A DNA stretch of 64,000 nucleotides from a virus: the IMG/VR virus record IMGVR_UViG_3300012211_000002; one strand, written 5' to 3'. The notes below the pieces were generated by a model, which did not search any database, was not told the DNA's origin, and saw only the letters and a list, made by a program, of their open reading frames with translations. Below, one piece after another: positions 21,081 through 32,526 of this stretch (positions are counted from its first letter, which is position 1; each line of letters begins with the position of its first letter). The position numbers and the translations under genes are program-made.

Positions 21081-21440
21081 TTAGGCCGCCACTGTGGTCT
21101 GCGGAGCCGCCGCCACCTTCTTTACCGCCGGTGCCACCTTCTTCACCGTCTTTTTTGAAGGGGCCGCTTTCACACCACCCTTCAGCTGGATCGTGTCCTT
21201 ATCCGAGTCCACGAGGATCGAGAATGCTCGCTTCGCTTTCCCGACGGTCTTGAGGACCCCGTAGCCGCGCCACGCCTTGACCAGCTTGTGGCGCTTGCGG
21301 ATGGTCGAAAGAGTATGGCCGAGCTTATGGGACTTCCGGTCGGAGAGGGCCTCCGCCAAATCTCCCAGCGCTGTGCCCTTTCGGAAATAACCCAACACTT
21401 TCACTGCCGGTGCCTTGCTTACTGCTTTTGTCGTCTTCAT
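21081..21440 (-). CDS. Histone-H1-like Lys/Ala-rich protein
   Basis: KAVSKAPAVK and KKVAPAVKKVAAA tails; core shared with 7666-8457. Confidence 0.65.
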   Translation of the reverse strand: MKTTKAVSKAPAVKVLGYFRKGTALGDLAEALSDRKSHKLGHTLSTIRKRHKLVKAWRGYGVLKTVGKAKRAFSILVDSDKDTIQLKGGVKAAPSKKTVKKVAPAVKKVAAAPQTTVAA

Positions 21441-22031
21441 TCTTCTTTCTCCTTTTTAGTTTGAATTAGGGACGAATCTCTTTGCTGCTAAGCCTGAATA
21501 AACTCTACCAAGACTTTGTCTTCAAAACTGACATCGCCCTTGCCAACAAATTCTCTGCTTCCCGAGGATAATAGAAATCCTCTTGAGAAAACTTCTCCGC
21601 TGATTCCCGCCAACCGATAAACCACCCACGAAAGTCTTCCAAGAGATTTTCCCCTTCGTGAAGTTCCGGCTGCTCCGCTAAGGAACGAAGGTAGCACCCC
21701 AACATTTCTTCCAAGGTACAGATGTTTTTTTCCATCGCTCTCCTCTAGTCGTTGATGATCAGAAGCTTTGCCCCACAGAAGTGCGTCTGGCGCCAACCTA
21801 CCACCTCTCCGATTTCTTCCCGACTGCACGGCCCCCTTTCTGCTGTGCCAAGGGATACTATAATCTTTCCACACTGTGGACAACTCCTCACGTTGTTGCC
21901 TTGGAGTGTGGAAATCTCTGCCGCCCAAATTCCACTCTCTCCCCTGCTCCAGACCCCATTGGGAGTACTCATTGCTAAACCTCCTTTGGATGTGAAAAAG
22001 GGGACCACCAACCGAGGGTCCCCACATGATA

Positions 22032-22060
22032 AGTATATAAGGAAAGCCATATAGTGTCCA
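22032..22060 (-). promoter_or_regulatory. Sigma70-like promoter followed by a hairpin
   Basis: TGGACA-N17-TATACT; hairpin at 22000-22023. Confidence 0.75.
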
Positions 22061-24207
22061 GCTTTCTTTTCAGATGTAGCCAAGGACTAAAAGCCAGCTG
22101 GAATGCCCATGAGGGCAAACTCCGTCGGGCTCCACCCCACACCCATCGGTGGCTTTTGCTACACCATCAAGTAGCCAGTGCTCCAGCTTCTCGAGGCTAG
22201 GACGTTTCTTAGTCGCCACATGCTTTTCTCCCTGCTTCCTGTGGCACTTGGGGCACTCTATTTCTGCAACTAGACTCATTGATTACCCCTCCCATTTAGA
22301 TATGAAACTCTCTTTGCTGCTTCCTCTTTCGTCTCGTGATCTGAGTCTGTGTTCCACTTGCCATTCGGATCGAAGAAACCAACTGTGTAAAGATTTGGCT
22401 CCGACTTAAGGTACACCCAGCAATTCCTTTCAATATCACTAGCCATTTTTCTTCCTCCATTCTTTCTCATATTCTCGAAGGGACTGTAAACGTTGCTTGC
22501 AAGTATCTTCCGGGAACTCCCGAACCTTCTTCGTGCTAACCGTCACTGATGCAAAAGCTCCGCAGACCTGGCAATTGATATGAAAACCCCAACGGCCTTT
22601 GACCCAATGCTCCGGAGTGTGACCCATCGCAAAGAGTTTCTCCGACAGCTCCTGCAGAAACTTATCCCGACTGTTCATAGACTCCTCTCTCTGGAATGCT
22701 ATCTAGATCTTTAGCGTTGACGTAGGCTTCAAGCGTGACCGAAACCAGGCGACCATAGTCTACCTGCCCATTCTGATCGCGCGGATGACAATACGTGAAC
22801 CATTGACTCATTGGATGCACCGAAGGGGTATCTTCCTCCCCTCCAAGATACTTCACAAGCACACCGAAGGAATCCCAACGTCCGTATGTGATATGCCCAC
22901 CCAGATTTCCATGCTTCGTCTGAAAAACCGGGAAAGCCACGAGCCCCGGCTCTGCCTTCGACTGAAACGCTACATCATACCGAAGCATGTCCGCCAAATT
23001 GCCAAGGTCTCCATGACGACTTACCAATCGCATGAAACTGATGTGCTTGAGTTTCATTGAGCCTCCAAATCGTATTTCATTAACTCCCTCTCCCGATTTC
23101 GCTCTCCTGCTCCTTGATCGTAGGGATCATAATCTTTTCCGCCATGGTGTGGGCAACGTCCACCGCCTTCGTACTTCTGAGTTGCCCTGTTCAGTGTTGC
23201 TGTCTTCCAAAGGCAACGCGGAGCTGGACAATACCGCTCCGGGTGCTTGACTTTGTCGAGCACTACTTTCACGGATGTTCTCATCGCTGTCTCCTCTCTA
23301 GTATTCTCCACCCATTCGTCCCTCCGCTCGATCCGCACATGCGTCGCATTGATAACCACGCGCCCGATCTGCTGGAGTCAACTTGTTCTTTTTCCCGCAA
23401 TTCGGACACGGCAGATTACGCGGATTGCGCTTGGAAGCTGCCCGCAGAGCTGAGCGCCCACCAGGGTCTGCAAACATCGAACGATCCTCATCTTCATCAT
23501 CGAACATGTGTTTATCCTCTCTCTCTAAAGATAAAACAAACCAGAACGTCTCATGGCTGTTTGTGCACGACGAGTGGAAATCCGATCGCGAATTGTATTC
23601 GCATCGACCGATCCACTGTTCTTGAGATCGATGAACTTCTGTAGGGCTTCCAATCTGGATTTCCGAACATAGACTGTGATCGTCTTCGTCACGTGGGGGC
23701 CATGGCCGATCCGACAAACTTTGCCATTGTCAACTATCACCACATAGGTTCTCCGCGTGGAATGCCTCCTTCCAGCAGCAGAGATCCCAAGGGTCGGTAT
23801 GCACCAACCAAAGGAAGGAACGAGCCACATTTCAAATTGCCTATCTTCATAGCCAAGATCGGCCGGGTAACCATCTTTGTCCTTGTAATTCGGATACGTC
23901 AAATCCTTCTCAATTACCCCTGCTGGAAGTACCACCGCTGCTTCTTTTTTCATTGTTTATCTCCTCCCAGAAGTTTCTCAAACCCACCCACCACCACCCG
24001 AAAACGCTTGCCCTTGTAGAAAATCACATCCCCTACTGAAACAGAGGGCAGCCGCTGAGGCTGAAAATCATTCTGCCCATAGTGGAACACCCGCTCCAAC
24101 ACTTCATCCTCTGTTACCCCTATCAACTCTTCATCCGAGACTACCACTGTCCTTACCTTGCCCTCAAGGAACGCATGCAACTCTACTTGAAAAACCATAA
24201 TGCCTCC

Positions 24208-24555
24208 TTATCTCTGTTCGTCCCCTACTCTTTGGCCCGTGTTCTTCACCACTTGGACTGCCCGGTCATCCCACAGCTCCCACATCTTGAAATCCTTAGT
24301 GCAAGTCACTTCCAACTCCTGGCCGATGTGTTCCCTGCACCAGTCCCGAATGAAAAGTAGCTGATGTAAACATTCATCTTCGTCCGAAACCCGAGCTGTG
24401 AAAATTCTAACTTCAATTCCTTCCGCCAGCCAGGCTTTCACACGCTCCACCATCTCTGGAATCGGTGGGCCAATCGCATATCCATGCGGTTCACCCAAGT
24501 CTTGCGCCAGAGTCCCATCCAGATCGACCCCAATCCAACTCTCTTCCCTTTTCAT
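24208..24555 (-). CDS. HAD-superfamily phosphatase-like protein
   Basis: GVDLDGTLA...IGPP...FTAR...WDDRAV. Confidence 0.85.
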   Translation of the reverse strand: MKREESWIGVDLDGTLAQDLGEPHGYAIGPPIPEMVERVKAWLAEGIEVRIFTARVSDEDECLHQLLFIRDWCREHIGQELEVTCTKDFKMWELWDDRAVQVVKNTGQRVGDEQR

Positions 24556-25174
24556 AAAACTCCTCTCTATGAAATGCTTTGGAATTTCCGAAGGATACGA
24601 TCCCCACGCCGCTCGTCCTGGAGGCAATCCCGGCCATGGGCTGTGCGCGACATTTCCTTGCTCCGTTCGCGGCCCAGTGCCACTTCGAATTTCTTCCAGA
24701 GGCTCTTGATGCTGCCGCAGGCTATCCGCTGCCTGTTCCCGTACTGCAGCACCCAAATATTCCGCTGGTGGCTGTACCAAACGATTAGAGTTTTACCTGG
24801 GCCGATCCAGAGCAAATGGGCGTCCGTCTTAGCCGTGAACGTCATCACGTCTCTCTTGATGCCTTGAAAGTGGAAACCGTAGCGCCGAAGAAAATTAGGT
24901 ACGTCTGGAATGGATGCTGAGTATTTCATGCTGCCTCCTTTTGCGCCAGCTGTCTCGAAGCTGCCACGAGTCTCTGCCCGGGGTGCTTCATATATCTCAG
25001 CTCGAACACGATGAACTCTTGAATCTCCTTCGACTTTTTGTCCAAGAGATCCGAATTCACTTTCTCTTCTTCCCCGATGTATTTCGCAAGGGCCATTCCG
25101 TTCACTGTGACTGTCATCGCATCCTCCTTTGGGTGTGAAAATGGGGGCCACCAACCAGAGGCCCCCACAAGATA

Positions 25175-25203
25175 AGTATAAGGGTTTCCCCCTAATTTGT
25201 CCA
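25175..25203 (-). promoter_or_regulatory. Sigma70-like promoter followed by a hairpin
   Basis: TTGGAC-N17-TATACT; hairpin at 25143-25166. Confidence 0.75.
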
Positions 25204-26311
25204 ACCTTATTTTCCGCTACGTCCGATTCCGAAAAGGCTACTTCGAACGCAGAATCTTCCGAGCTTTCGTTGCCTCCTTCTTGTTTGCCGGGGTGCAACC
25301 GCCAGTAGGCAAGTAGCGCATCTTCACCGCTCCGAATGGAATGAACTTCGGAGGCCATGCCTTTTTCGATTTTGCCATTTTCATTTCTCCTTTGTGAAGT
25401 TGATTCGGTTGCTATGCTACCACCGCCGACGCTTGTTCTCTTTCACATACTGCTTCAGAATATTCCGAGTTTCTGTCGCTACTTCTCCACGCCACCGAGA
25501 GATATTGTTCAGCGTGTAGAGAACTTGGAAGTAGAGTTCCTCCCCGGTCATTGCCCCGCCCTTATAGGGATGATGTAAACCCGCACTGGCGTAATTCACT
25601 GCCCAGTTGAGTGCTGGGGCCTCTTGGTTCCGTATGATCGCCCTGAACGCTCCCAGCACCTGCTCCTCCGTGATTGGAGCTACTGTTGTAGAGTATCTCA
25701 TATCCGATGTCTCCTCTCTGAATTTGAAATCCGACTACCAAACTACCCGCCGTATCCGAGCCATTCCCCTCATGGTCTCATTGTAATGCTGTGCATAACG
25801 ATGATAAGCCTGTCTGATTACGCCGCCAGCTGTTGAATTACGTTCTTGATGTGCACGCAGTTCTGACGAGGGACGCGCCAGGTCCAACCCTTGCAAGCGC
25901 AAGCCCAGCTTCGACCTTTTTTCTGAACGTTGTAGTGCCGCCGTGCGTCGCTCGATGAGTTCACCACGTAGATGGTCGCTCCGGTAGGCTTCTGATAGGT
26001 GTCCAGGATCTTGATCGGCTTCTTTGGTTTTGCCATTATGTGATCTCCATTCTGTTTTGAATTTGAAAAACTCATGCGTGACCGCACTGCCTATTCGCCA
26101 TAGATATGATGGTAGCGATTAATCGACTCCAGTTTTTCCTCGCAACTCTTGCAAAGATGAACTGAGAGACTCAAACCTTTTTTCCGACGACGCTGGGTCT
26201 CTTCTTTCGAAAAGCGAACTTTTCTAATCTCACCACATTGGAAGCACTGCCCCTCAACCCACTTGGTCGAGATCTTTTGTGCCATGATCGCCTCCCAATC
26301 TTAGATGCCGC

Positions 26312-26632
26312 TTACGCGGCTGCTGCCAGTGCTTTGCCCTTCTGCTTCCAGATCTGATTCTTCTTCGCGTCGTAAGCCTTGTGGCACCGTCTGTGGGCCA
26401 GGGTGCGGTTGGCCTTAGATTGATCCACCGCCGAGAACTTCTTCCGATTGCTTTCCTCGTCCTTATGATGGATCGTGATCTCCACCGGAATGGGAGGCCC
26501 CTGAGCCAAGCCGAACTCGATCTCAGGCTGCTCCGCCAGGAGTTCCTTACAGAAGAAGCAACGCTCACCTTCTAAAAAGTGCCAAATCAATTCGCGGGCT
26601 TTATTGAGTTCCCGCCGTGTGCTTTTTCTCAT
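26312..26632 (-). CDS. HNH-like protein
   Basis: CFFC...ITIHHKDE...N..LAHRRCH. Confidence 0.65.
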   Translation of the reverse strand: MRKSTRRELNKARELIWHFLEGERCFFCKELLAEQPEIEFGLAQGPPIPVEITIHHKDEESNRKKFSAVDQSKANRTLAHRRCHKAYDAKKNQIWKQKGKALAAAA

Positions 26633-26688
26633 CGACAGCTCCTTGGGCATTAAAAAAGGGCTCTTCGTCCGAAGAACCCCACAAGATA

Positions 26689-26717
26689 AGTATAAGGGTT
26701 TCCCCATAGTTTGTCAA
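26689..26717 (-). promoter_or_regulatory. Sigma70-like promoter followed by a hairpin and U tract
   Basis: TTGACA-N17-TATACT; hairpin at 26658-26679 followed by T6. Confidence 0.85.
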
Positions 26718-26827
26718 GGACTATTTGCCAGCCTCCCTACTGCCGTCCGAACCGCCGAACTGCTTGCCGGTATTCTCAGGTCATCAAAACTGTCAAAACT
26801 ATTCTGTGGAAAACCGAAAATTAGGAC

Positions 26828-26856
26828 TTGATTTTCTATAAGGAAAGGCCTATAGT
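26828..26856 (+). promoter_or_regulatory. Divergent sigma70-like promoter for the plus-strand island
   Basis: TTGATT-N17-TATAGT upstream of RBS AGGAG and ATG 26901. Confidence 0.65.
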
Positions 26857-26900
26857 CACTGTCGTTACAGATTTTAGTCCCACCGACACAGGAGACGCAA

Positions 26901-27218
26901 ATGGAAAAAGTTCGTTTGTACCGGCAAGGTGATGTCTTGATTAAATCCCTCTCCAAGAAACCAACCGGGAAAAAGAAAATTAGAATCGAAGGGATCTTGG
27001 CCGAAGGGGAAACCACCGGTCACATGCACCGAGTAGAGGATACGACCAAGGCAGAAGTGTACGAAATTGGTAAAAAGCTTCTGCTCTCCACCGCTCACGG
27101 CATACGCATCCTTCACGAAGAGCACGATCCCATCACTCTCCCGAAGGGGCACTACCAAGTGATCCGCCAACGAGAGTCGACCGGCGTAGGGAGAAAAGTC
27201 CACCGTGTTCTCGACTAA
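26901..27218 (+). CDS. Conserved phage protein (RQGD/HEEH motif)
   Basis: YRQGDVLI...LAEGETTGHMH...HEEHDPITLPKG.Y.V.RQRE. Confidence 0.75.
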   Translation: MEKVRLYRQGDVLIKSLSKKPTGKKKIRIEGILAEGETTGHMHRVEDTTKAEVYEIGKKLLLSTAHGIRILHEEHDPITLPKGHYQVIRQRESTGVGRKVHRVLD

Positions 27219-28245
27219 GTTCAACTTAACCGATACGCAAATTGCTGAGGTCGAATCTGGCCTCAGCAATTTGCTCCCACGATTTCACAAACTGGTCGCC
27301 ATCTCCTCTGTCGAGCACCTCTTTGAAACACTACGGCTCAAGAGGCCAGAAGTTCTCTATCTATCCTCTCCCACGGAACTCAAAGTCTATGGCATCGATG
27401 ATTTCCAACGCTTCGAGAGGCAACCGCCCACACCAAGAGGTCTAAGACCATGGAAAAGATCCCTACGGAGGGCCCTACGATCCACGCCTGCATGGCACTC
27501 AGCGGAACAAAGAATAATGGAGCAGAGAGCATGGACAAGGCTAAGACTCTGCTTCCCACTAAACTTTTCTTTGCAACGGTCTATTTCCACCAGAAGACTT
27601 TTTCTAGACGTAGCTGCCTGCTCCACAGATCTCGGCCTAAAGGTCACAACTGCTACACGAGAGAAAATAGAAGCCTGGACCGAGGTCTTTTCCAGGGCTC
27701 ATTTCTTCTGCTCTAATAGACGAACCGCTTTCCTCACCAGTCCACCAAAACGAAAAATGGATGCCATCGGTAGGCTGCACTCTGAAACTGGGCACGCCAT
27801 TCGTTATCCAGATGGAACCGGTCTTTACTTTTGGCATGGAGTGCTCGTGCCAGAGTACATTGTGCTTGAGCCAAAGAAAATAACACTGCCCAGAATTCAC
27901 TCCGAACTCAACTCAGAGGTCCGACGCGTCATGATGGAACGATATGGAATAGAAAGATTTCTAAAGAACTCCCACGCCGACCCCATCCATACGTGTTATC
28001 TGGGAACTCTTTATAATGTTCACTTCGGCCTAATGCAAGCAAGAGGCGGGTGGGTGGAACCCGATCACAGGGAGTGGATACGATTACTAATGGTAAAGAA
28101 TTCTACTCCCGAACCCGACGGCTCCTTCAAGAACTATTTCCTCCAGGTGCCTCCCCACATTCGCAAGGCTGATGATGCCGTGGCTTGGACCTTCGGATTC
28201 TCCAACGCACGGAAGTATAGAGCCGCCCTCCAAGAAGAGACTTAG
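27205..28245 (+). CDS. DUF6745-like protein
   Basis: GRLHSETGHAIRYPDGTGLYFWHGV...NSEVRRVMMERYG...VKNSTPEPDGSFKNYFLQVPP. Confidence 0.75.
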   Translation: MFSTKFNLTDTQIAEVESGLSNLLPRFHKLVAISSVEHLFETLRLKRPEVLYLSSPTELKVYGIDDFQRFERQPPTPRGLRPWKRSLRRALRSTPAWHSAEQRIMEQRAWTRLRLCFPLNFSLQRSISTRRLFLDVAACSTDLGLKVTTATREKIEAWTEVFSRAHFFCSNRRTAFLTSPPKRKMDAIGRLHSETGHAIRYPDGTGLYFWHGVLVPEYIVLEPKKITLPRIHSELNSEVRRVMMERYGIERFLKNSHADPIHTCYLGTLYNVHFGLMQARGGWVEPDHREWIRLLMVKNSTPEPDGSFKNYFLQVPPHIRKADDAVAWTFGFSNARKYRAALQEET

Positions 28246-28246
28246 A

Positions 28247-28645
28247 ATGTCAAACCAAACCTCAAGAGCCAGGCTAAAAAGAATAGAGCTCGCCGCATTC
28301 ATCTCTGGGCAAGTGGACGAGCCGATACGCTGCTTAGTCTACTGGCTAAATCTACTGCCACGGATTGAAACTTTTTCTTCCTACGGTGGGCACAAGGGAA
28401 AACTAGCCACTTCCCAAGAGCCCTTCGACCATTTTTACGTGAACTTTCACGTAACTAAACTTGATCTACCAGGAAGGGAATCTCTAGCCATCATCGCCTT
28501 GGAATGCAGCAGCAAAGACTATGAATTAAGAATCTGGTTTAACGGAGAATGGGCAAAACACCCACACCCGGAAAACATCTGCTTTGAACTCCGAGGCTCC
28601 GGAGACCCTAACAAACTAGCTGAAGCCATCTCAGCCCATTCTTAA
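28247..28645 (+). CDS. Hypothetical protein
   Basis: Continues the plus-strand operon; converges on terL. Confidence 0.55.
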   Translation: MSNQTSRARLKRIELAAFISGQVDEPIRCLVYWLNLLPRIETFSSYGGHKGKLATSQEPFDHFYVNFHVTKLDLPGRESLAIIALECSSKDYELRIWFNGEWAKHPHPENICFELRGSGDPNKLAEAISAHS

Positions 28646-30375
28646 GCGACTTCCTCATCCGTCTCGTCTCCCGTCTCACCATAACTTTCACTTGGGGACT
28701 CCACGGTGTCAAAATAACCAAGCAATACCAAACGAACTGCAGCGCCGACCGATGCTGCCATGACAACGTCATCGTGGCAACCAGGTGCCCCTTGCGGCTT
28801 CCTCCCGCCACCCAACTCCCGCTTCTTCGTGGGAGCCATGATAAAAGTTAACGCTTCATCCACAAACATTTCCGAGTGCCACAAATCCGGAGCGTCTCTC
28901 ACCATAGCCGCTAACTTATTCAAAGCTATAGGCCTAAACCGCACATTTGTTGGCCAGCCCGGCTGTAGAATAATTTTCTTCCCTTCCTTCCACCATTCCC
29001 TGTGCATATAAATGTTGCCGTAGAGGCACTGCCTCTGCAACGTGATATTCACCGTACCACCCGGACCATTTCTCTCCACTGCTATCATAGCCATATTGTA
29101 CATAGTGGCCAAGTCCACCAAATCTACCGCAAACTCTTCCGGCGGGACCCGCGATCTGTAACAGGCCATTTCTTCACCCGTATCCACATCCAAGACCACC
29201 GCCGCATTGAAATCTGCATTATCCGACGAAACCAAATTCCCCTCCGCTGCGTCTGCCCCAATGACATATCTCCTTCCCTTGATTCTCCGTTTATAAACCA
29301 ACAACGTGCCATCATGGTAGGAATCCAAAGGCCGTTCAGTCATCACTCTCAGCTTAATCTCTCTAAGGATTTCCTTGTCCATAAACAATGCACCCGATGT
29401 CAAAAAGCACGTGATCGCATTTTCCGGATACTTCTCTTCAAATCTACTTCTCAAGGAAATCTGCTTGCCCCTCCTCCAAGCCAGCTGCTTCATAGTCCAA
29501 TTAAACTCTTTCACCATCTTCTGCTCTTCTTCTGTCATCGTATCTGAGTCTGCCGATCTGTCCTCTTGGTATTCTTCCTGCCACCACCAAGGGTAAAAAT
29601 GCTGTCTAAACTCCGCTCCCGGATTACTAGATCTCTGCCACTCCTCAAAGAAGTATCCACCCATGCCGTTAGGCGTAGACTCAACGTCCACCGTGCCATT
29701 CGCAGGTACTGTCTCCTTCGACTGCGCCAGCAACGTTTCCGGATCCCCTGGCCAATACGCGCACTCAGTGCAAACTAGGTGCTGTATGGTCAAACCGGTC
29801 CCTGCATCTTTATTCTCCGCTGTGTCTACAAGGACTTTGGAGTCCAGAAAATCAAAGAGAATTTCATGTCGCGCTGAGTACTGCGTATGCAAAAGATTCT
29901 GGTGTAAGGACTCCGTAATTAAGTCCCCAAACCCGTGCTCGGAAATCCAAATTGGAGTTCTGCCAAAGTTCTTCAGCGCTCTTTGCAGAATTCTGAAGTG
30001 TTGAGCCCCATAGGCCTTAGTCTGAGAGATCAATAGCCCCGAGGATCCAGGTTCCAGAATCGCTGGAACAAATAGCCTACACAGAATGTGCCAGGTCGTA
30101 GAACCAATCTGCCTCGGCTTCAGAACTATGTTTCTTTTCCCTTTCTTGTCTTCCAAATCTAATTGAATTCTGTGTAAAGCGAAGGGAATTAATCTTGAGG
30201 AAAACCTGCTACCTATAAATTCCTTCTTTGCCAGGATCATGAGAAACATCTGGCAAAATAAAGGTGTACCTGCTTCTATTTGCCAACGTTGCAGAGCTTG
30301 CAACTGGACTTCGGATAGATAGCGATCAAAGCCGGATCTAACTTTCGTAGAGCTAGTGTAACCTGTTACTGGCAT
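28642..30375 (-). CDS. terL: Terminase large subunit
   Basis: LKPRQIGSTT (Walker A), LVCTECAYW (Walker B), ESTPNG, nuclease motifs IGADAAEG, AVERNGPG, HDDVVMA. Confidence 0.95.
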   Translation of the reverse strand: MPVTGYTSSTKVRSGFDRYLSEVQLQALQRWQIEAGTPLFCQMFLMILAKKEFIGSRFSSRLIPFALHRIQLDLEDKKGKRNIVLKPRQIGSTTWHILCRLFVPAILEPGSSGLLISQTKAYGAQHFRILQRALKNFGRTPIWISEHGFGDLITESLHQNLLHTQYSARHEILFDFLDSKVLVDTAENKDAGTGLTIQHLVCTECAYWPGDPETLLAQSKETVPANGTVDVESTPNGMGGYFFEEWQRSSNPGAEFRQHFYPWWWQEEYQEDRSADSDTMTEEEQKMVKEFNWTMKQLAWRRGKQISLRSRFEEKYPENAITCFLTSGALFMDKEILREIKLRVMTERPLDSYHDGTLLVYKRRIKGRRYVIGADAAEGNLVSSDNADFNAAVVLDVDTGEEMACYRSRVPPEEFAVDLVDLATMYNMAMIAVERNGPGGTVNITLQRQCLYGNIYMHREWWKEGKKIILQPGWPTNVRFRPIALNKLAAMVRDAPDLWHSEMFVDEALTFIMAPTKKRELGGGRKPQGAPGCHDDVVMAASVGAAVRLVLLGYFDTVESPSESYGETGDETDEEVA

Positions 30376-30429
30376 GCAGAGGGCAATCTCTTCCAGCTAA
30401 ATTGCACTCCATGATGTAGGTCTTTAGAG

Positions 30430-30996
30430 TCATCGCCCCGACACTGTTCTAGAAGCCAGATCCTTCTGTAGAATCGTCGCCTGTTCCAAAAGTCTGTCTG
30501 CCGTAGAATCATCCAAATTCAAAGTCTCCAACAACCATTTCTTCACTGGCTGCCGTTCGTATGTCAGAACTGCCAGGACCTGGTCATCTGGAACCAAACG
30601 GTAATCACCTTTTCCACCGTCTAACACCCAAACCGGAGTGATTCCAATCTCCATCTGAGGAAAAATAACGTGATCCCCCACTTTCACCGGAGACTCTATC
30701 CAAACCAGCTGATGCTTTGCTTTATCATTGAAGATTTCAGCAAAGAACTTGGCTCTTTTCCTATCCCAATTCTCTCGATTGGATTTTATTAACGACTTCC
30801 AAAAAGGCGTATAAGTTGCCAGAACAATCCCTTCATGCACTGGCTTGTTCTGGTGATGCTCCGGCAAAACTATGCCACCTCTCGACATCTGTTCTCTGGG
30901 GAGCAAGCGCACGAGGATTCTTGGGTAAGTAGGCTGAACTTCTACTTCTTTCTCTTGATACAGTCTCGTTACCAATTGTTTCAGCGCATCATCCAT
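30430..30996 (-). CDS. GroES/Cpn10-like co-chaperonin
   Basis: QPTYPRILVR...SRGGIVLP...EGIVLA...VKVGDHVIF. Confidence 0.75.
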   Translation of the reverse strand: MDDALKQLVTRLYQEKEVEVQPTYPRILVRLLPREQMSRGGIVLPEHHQNKPVHEGIVLATYTPFWKSLIKSNRENWDRKRAKFFAEIFNDKAKHQLVWIESPVKVGDHVIFPQMEIGITPVWVLDGGKGDYRLVPDDQVLAVLTYERQPVKKWLLETLNLDDSTADRLLEQATILQKDLASRTVSGR

Positions 30997-31005
30997 TCTT
31001 TCCTC

Positions 31006-31761
31006 CTATCGTACATTCCATAACTTGTGTGCCTGCGAACTAATTCGCCAATTCGGATGCTCCTTCTGCAACGCCAAGCACAAATCGACGTTCTTCTTGT
31101 TTACATCCAGCTCAAAGTTTATCGGCTGCAAAAATACGAGATCGTGCCCCAGCACTTCTTTTGGAACCGTTGCAATATCAAAGTTTTCATCCACTAACAA
31201 TTTTATCTCATTCGCAATCGTAAGCATCTCAGGAAGGACCCCATGCTTGGGTGAGACTGTAATCCAAAGCCAACCACCGTTTACTTCCATCGAATCCCCT
31301 GTCAAGTAAGCTGGGTAGGCTCTCTCCGTAATGCTAACCGTACCAGACGTTTCAATATGTATGAAGTGACCATAGTCCTCTAGAGAGTTCAACAGGGGCG
31401 TCAACTCGTGATCTAAAGGCTCTCCACCCGTCAGGCAAATATGTCTGACACCACTTGGAATCTTGCTAAGGATCTCCGGCACTGTCAAAACTTCCTTACT
31501 GATAAAGTCTGTATCACAACAGAACTGAGTTCCCGACCAAAGGGTGCAGACTTCCCTATACGTCGCTATCGCTTCTACTCGCCCATTGGAAGCCAATCTC
31601 TCCGCTGACAAGAAGAAAGCCCGCTGCTCTCCCGTCATTCTTTTACCTACTGAGCAACCTGCCAATCTCAGGAACCACATAAGTGTCCCCGTAAAAGCCC
31701 CTTCTCCTTGGGGGGACAAAAAATACTCTGCTATAGCGTACCTCTTCTCCGAAGTCTTCAT
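31006..31761 (-). CDS. queE: 7-carboxy-7-deazaguanine synthase (radical SAM)
   Basis: EYFLSPQGEG.FTG....FLRLAGC, CDTDF, ICLTGGEPL, IETSGT, TVSPK, QAHK. Confidence 0.9.
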   Translation of the reverse strand: MKTSEKRYAIAEYFLSPQGEGAFTGTLMWFLRLAGCSVGKRMTGEQRAFFLSAERLASNGRVEAIATYREVCTLWSGTQFCCDTDFISKEVLTVPEILSKIPSGVRHICLTGGEPLDHELTPLLNSLEDYGHFIHIETSGTVSITERAYPAYLTGDSMEVNGGWLWITVSPKHGVLPEMLTIANEIKLLVDENFDIATVPKEVLGHDLVFLQPINFELDVNKKNVDLCLALQKEHPNWRISSQAHKLWNVR

Positions 31762-32526
31762 GCTACGACCCTTCTTCCTCAGAAACAAGGCTTAAACCTG
31801 AGCCAATAAGTTCTCCATTCTTTCTATTCCATAGCCAATCCCGAGGACCTACTGATAGGTGAACGCGCTCATCCTCGACAATAATCATCACACGACAAGG
31901 ACTTTTGAATTGCTGACGTTCCTGGATAAGCTGAATAATAAGATCATCGCACGTAAAAATTGTTTCCAATCTATCCTCCTACACTTTATCTTTCGAAGCA
32001 AACAATGGTTTCCTTCTCCTGACAGCTGCCTTCGTCTTCACCTTTTTCACCACATCCTTCATCCTCTCACCAAGGCCAGTTACTTTGAATCCCAATGGCC
32101 CAAGATCCTCCGCTAACCCCTGAACTTCTTTCTGCTCTTGTTCTCTGGCTTGCTCCATAAGCTCCAATGCTGTCTTCCCTTGTTCTAGCTGCCCAGAGCA
32201 GACTGCACAGATGGCTGTACTGTAACCTCTGTAGAGTTCCCTGCAAATCGTCTTCTCGCAGATCAAACATTTCACAGATATCATCCCATCTGCTCCAACC
32301 CTTCTGCCCTGACCTACTCCTTGCAAACCGAAGAAAAATTGTGGGGGTATTCCCATCTTAAAACCTCCAAGTAATTATACAGGAAATCAAACCCAATTCC
32401 ATGAAAATCCTCCTCTATCCCATCCACCAGACCCTATCTCCTGCCTCTACAACTGTCTACAACTAATCATTTCCATGGAGAATGGGAATTTATACCACCT
32501 TTTCCAAAAAACCGTTAAAACGAATA

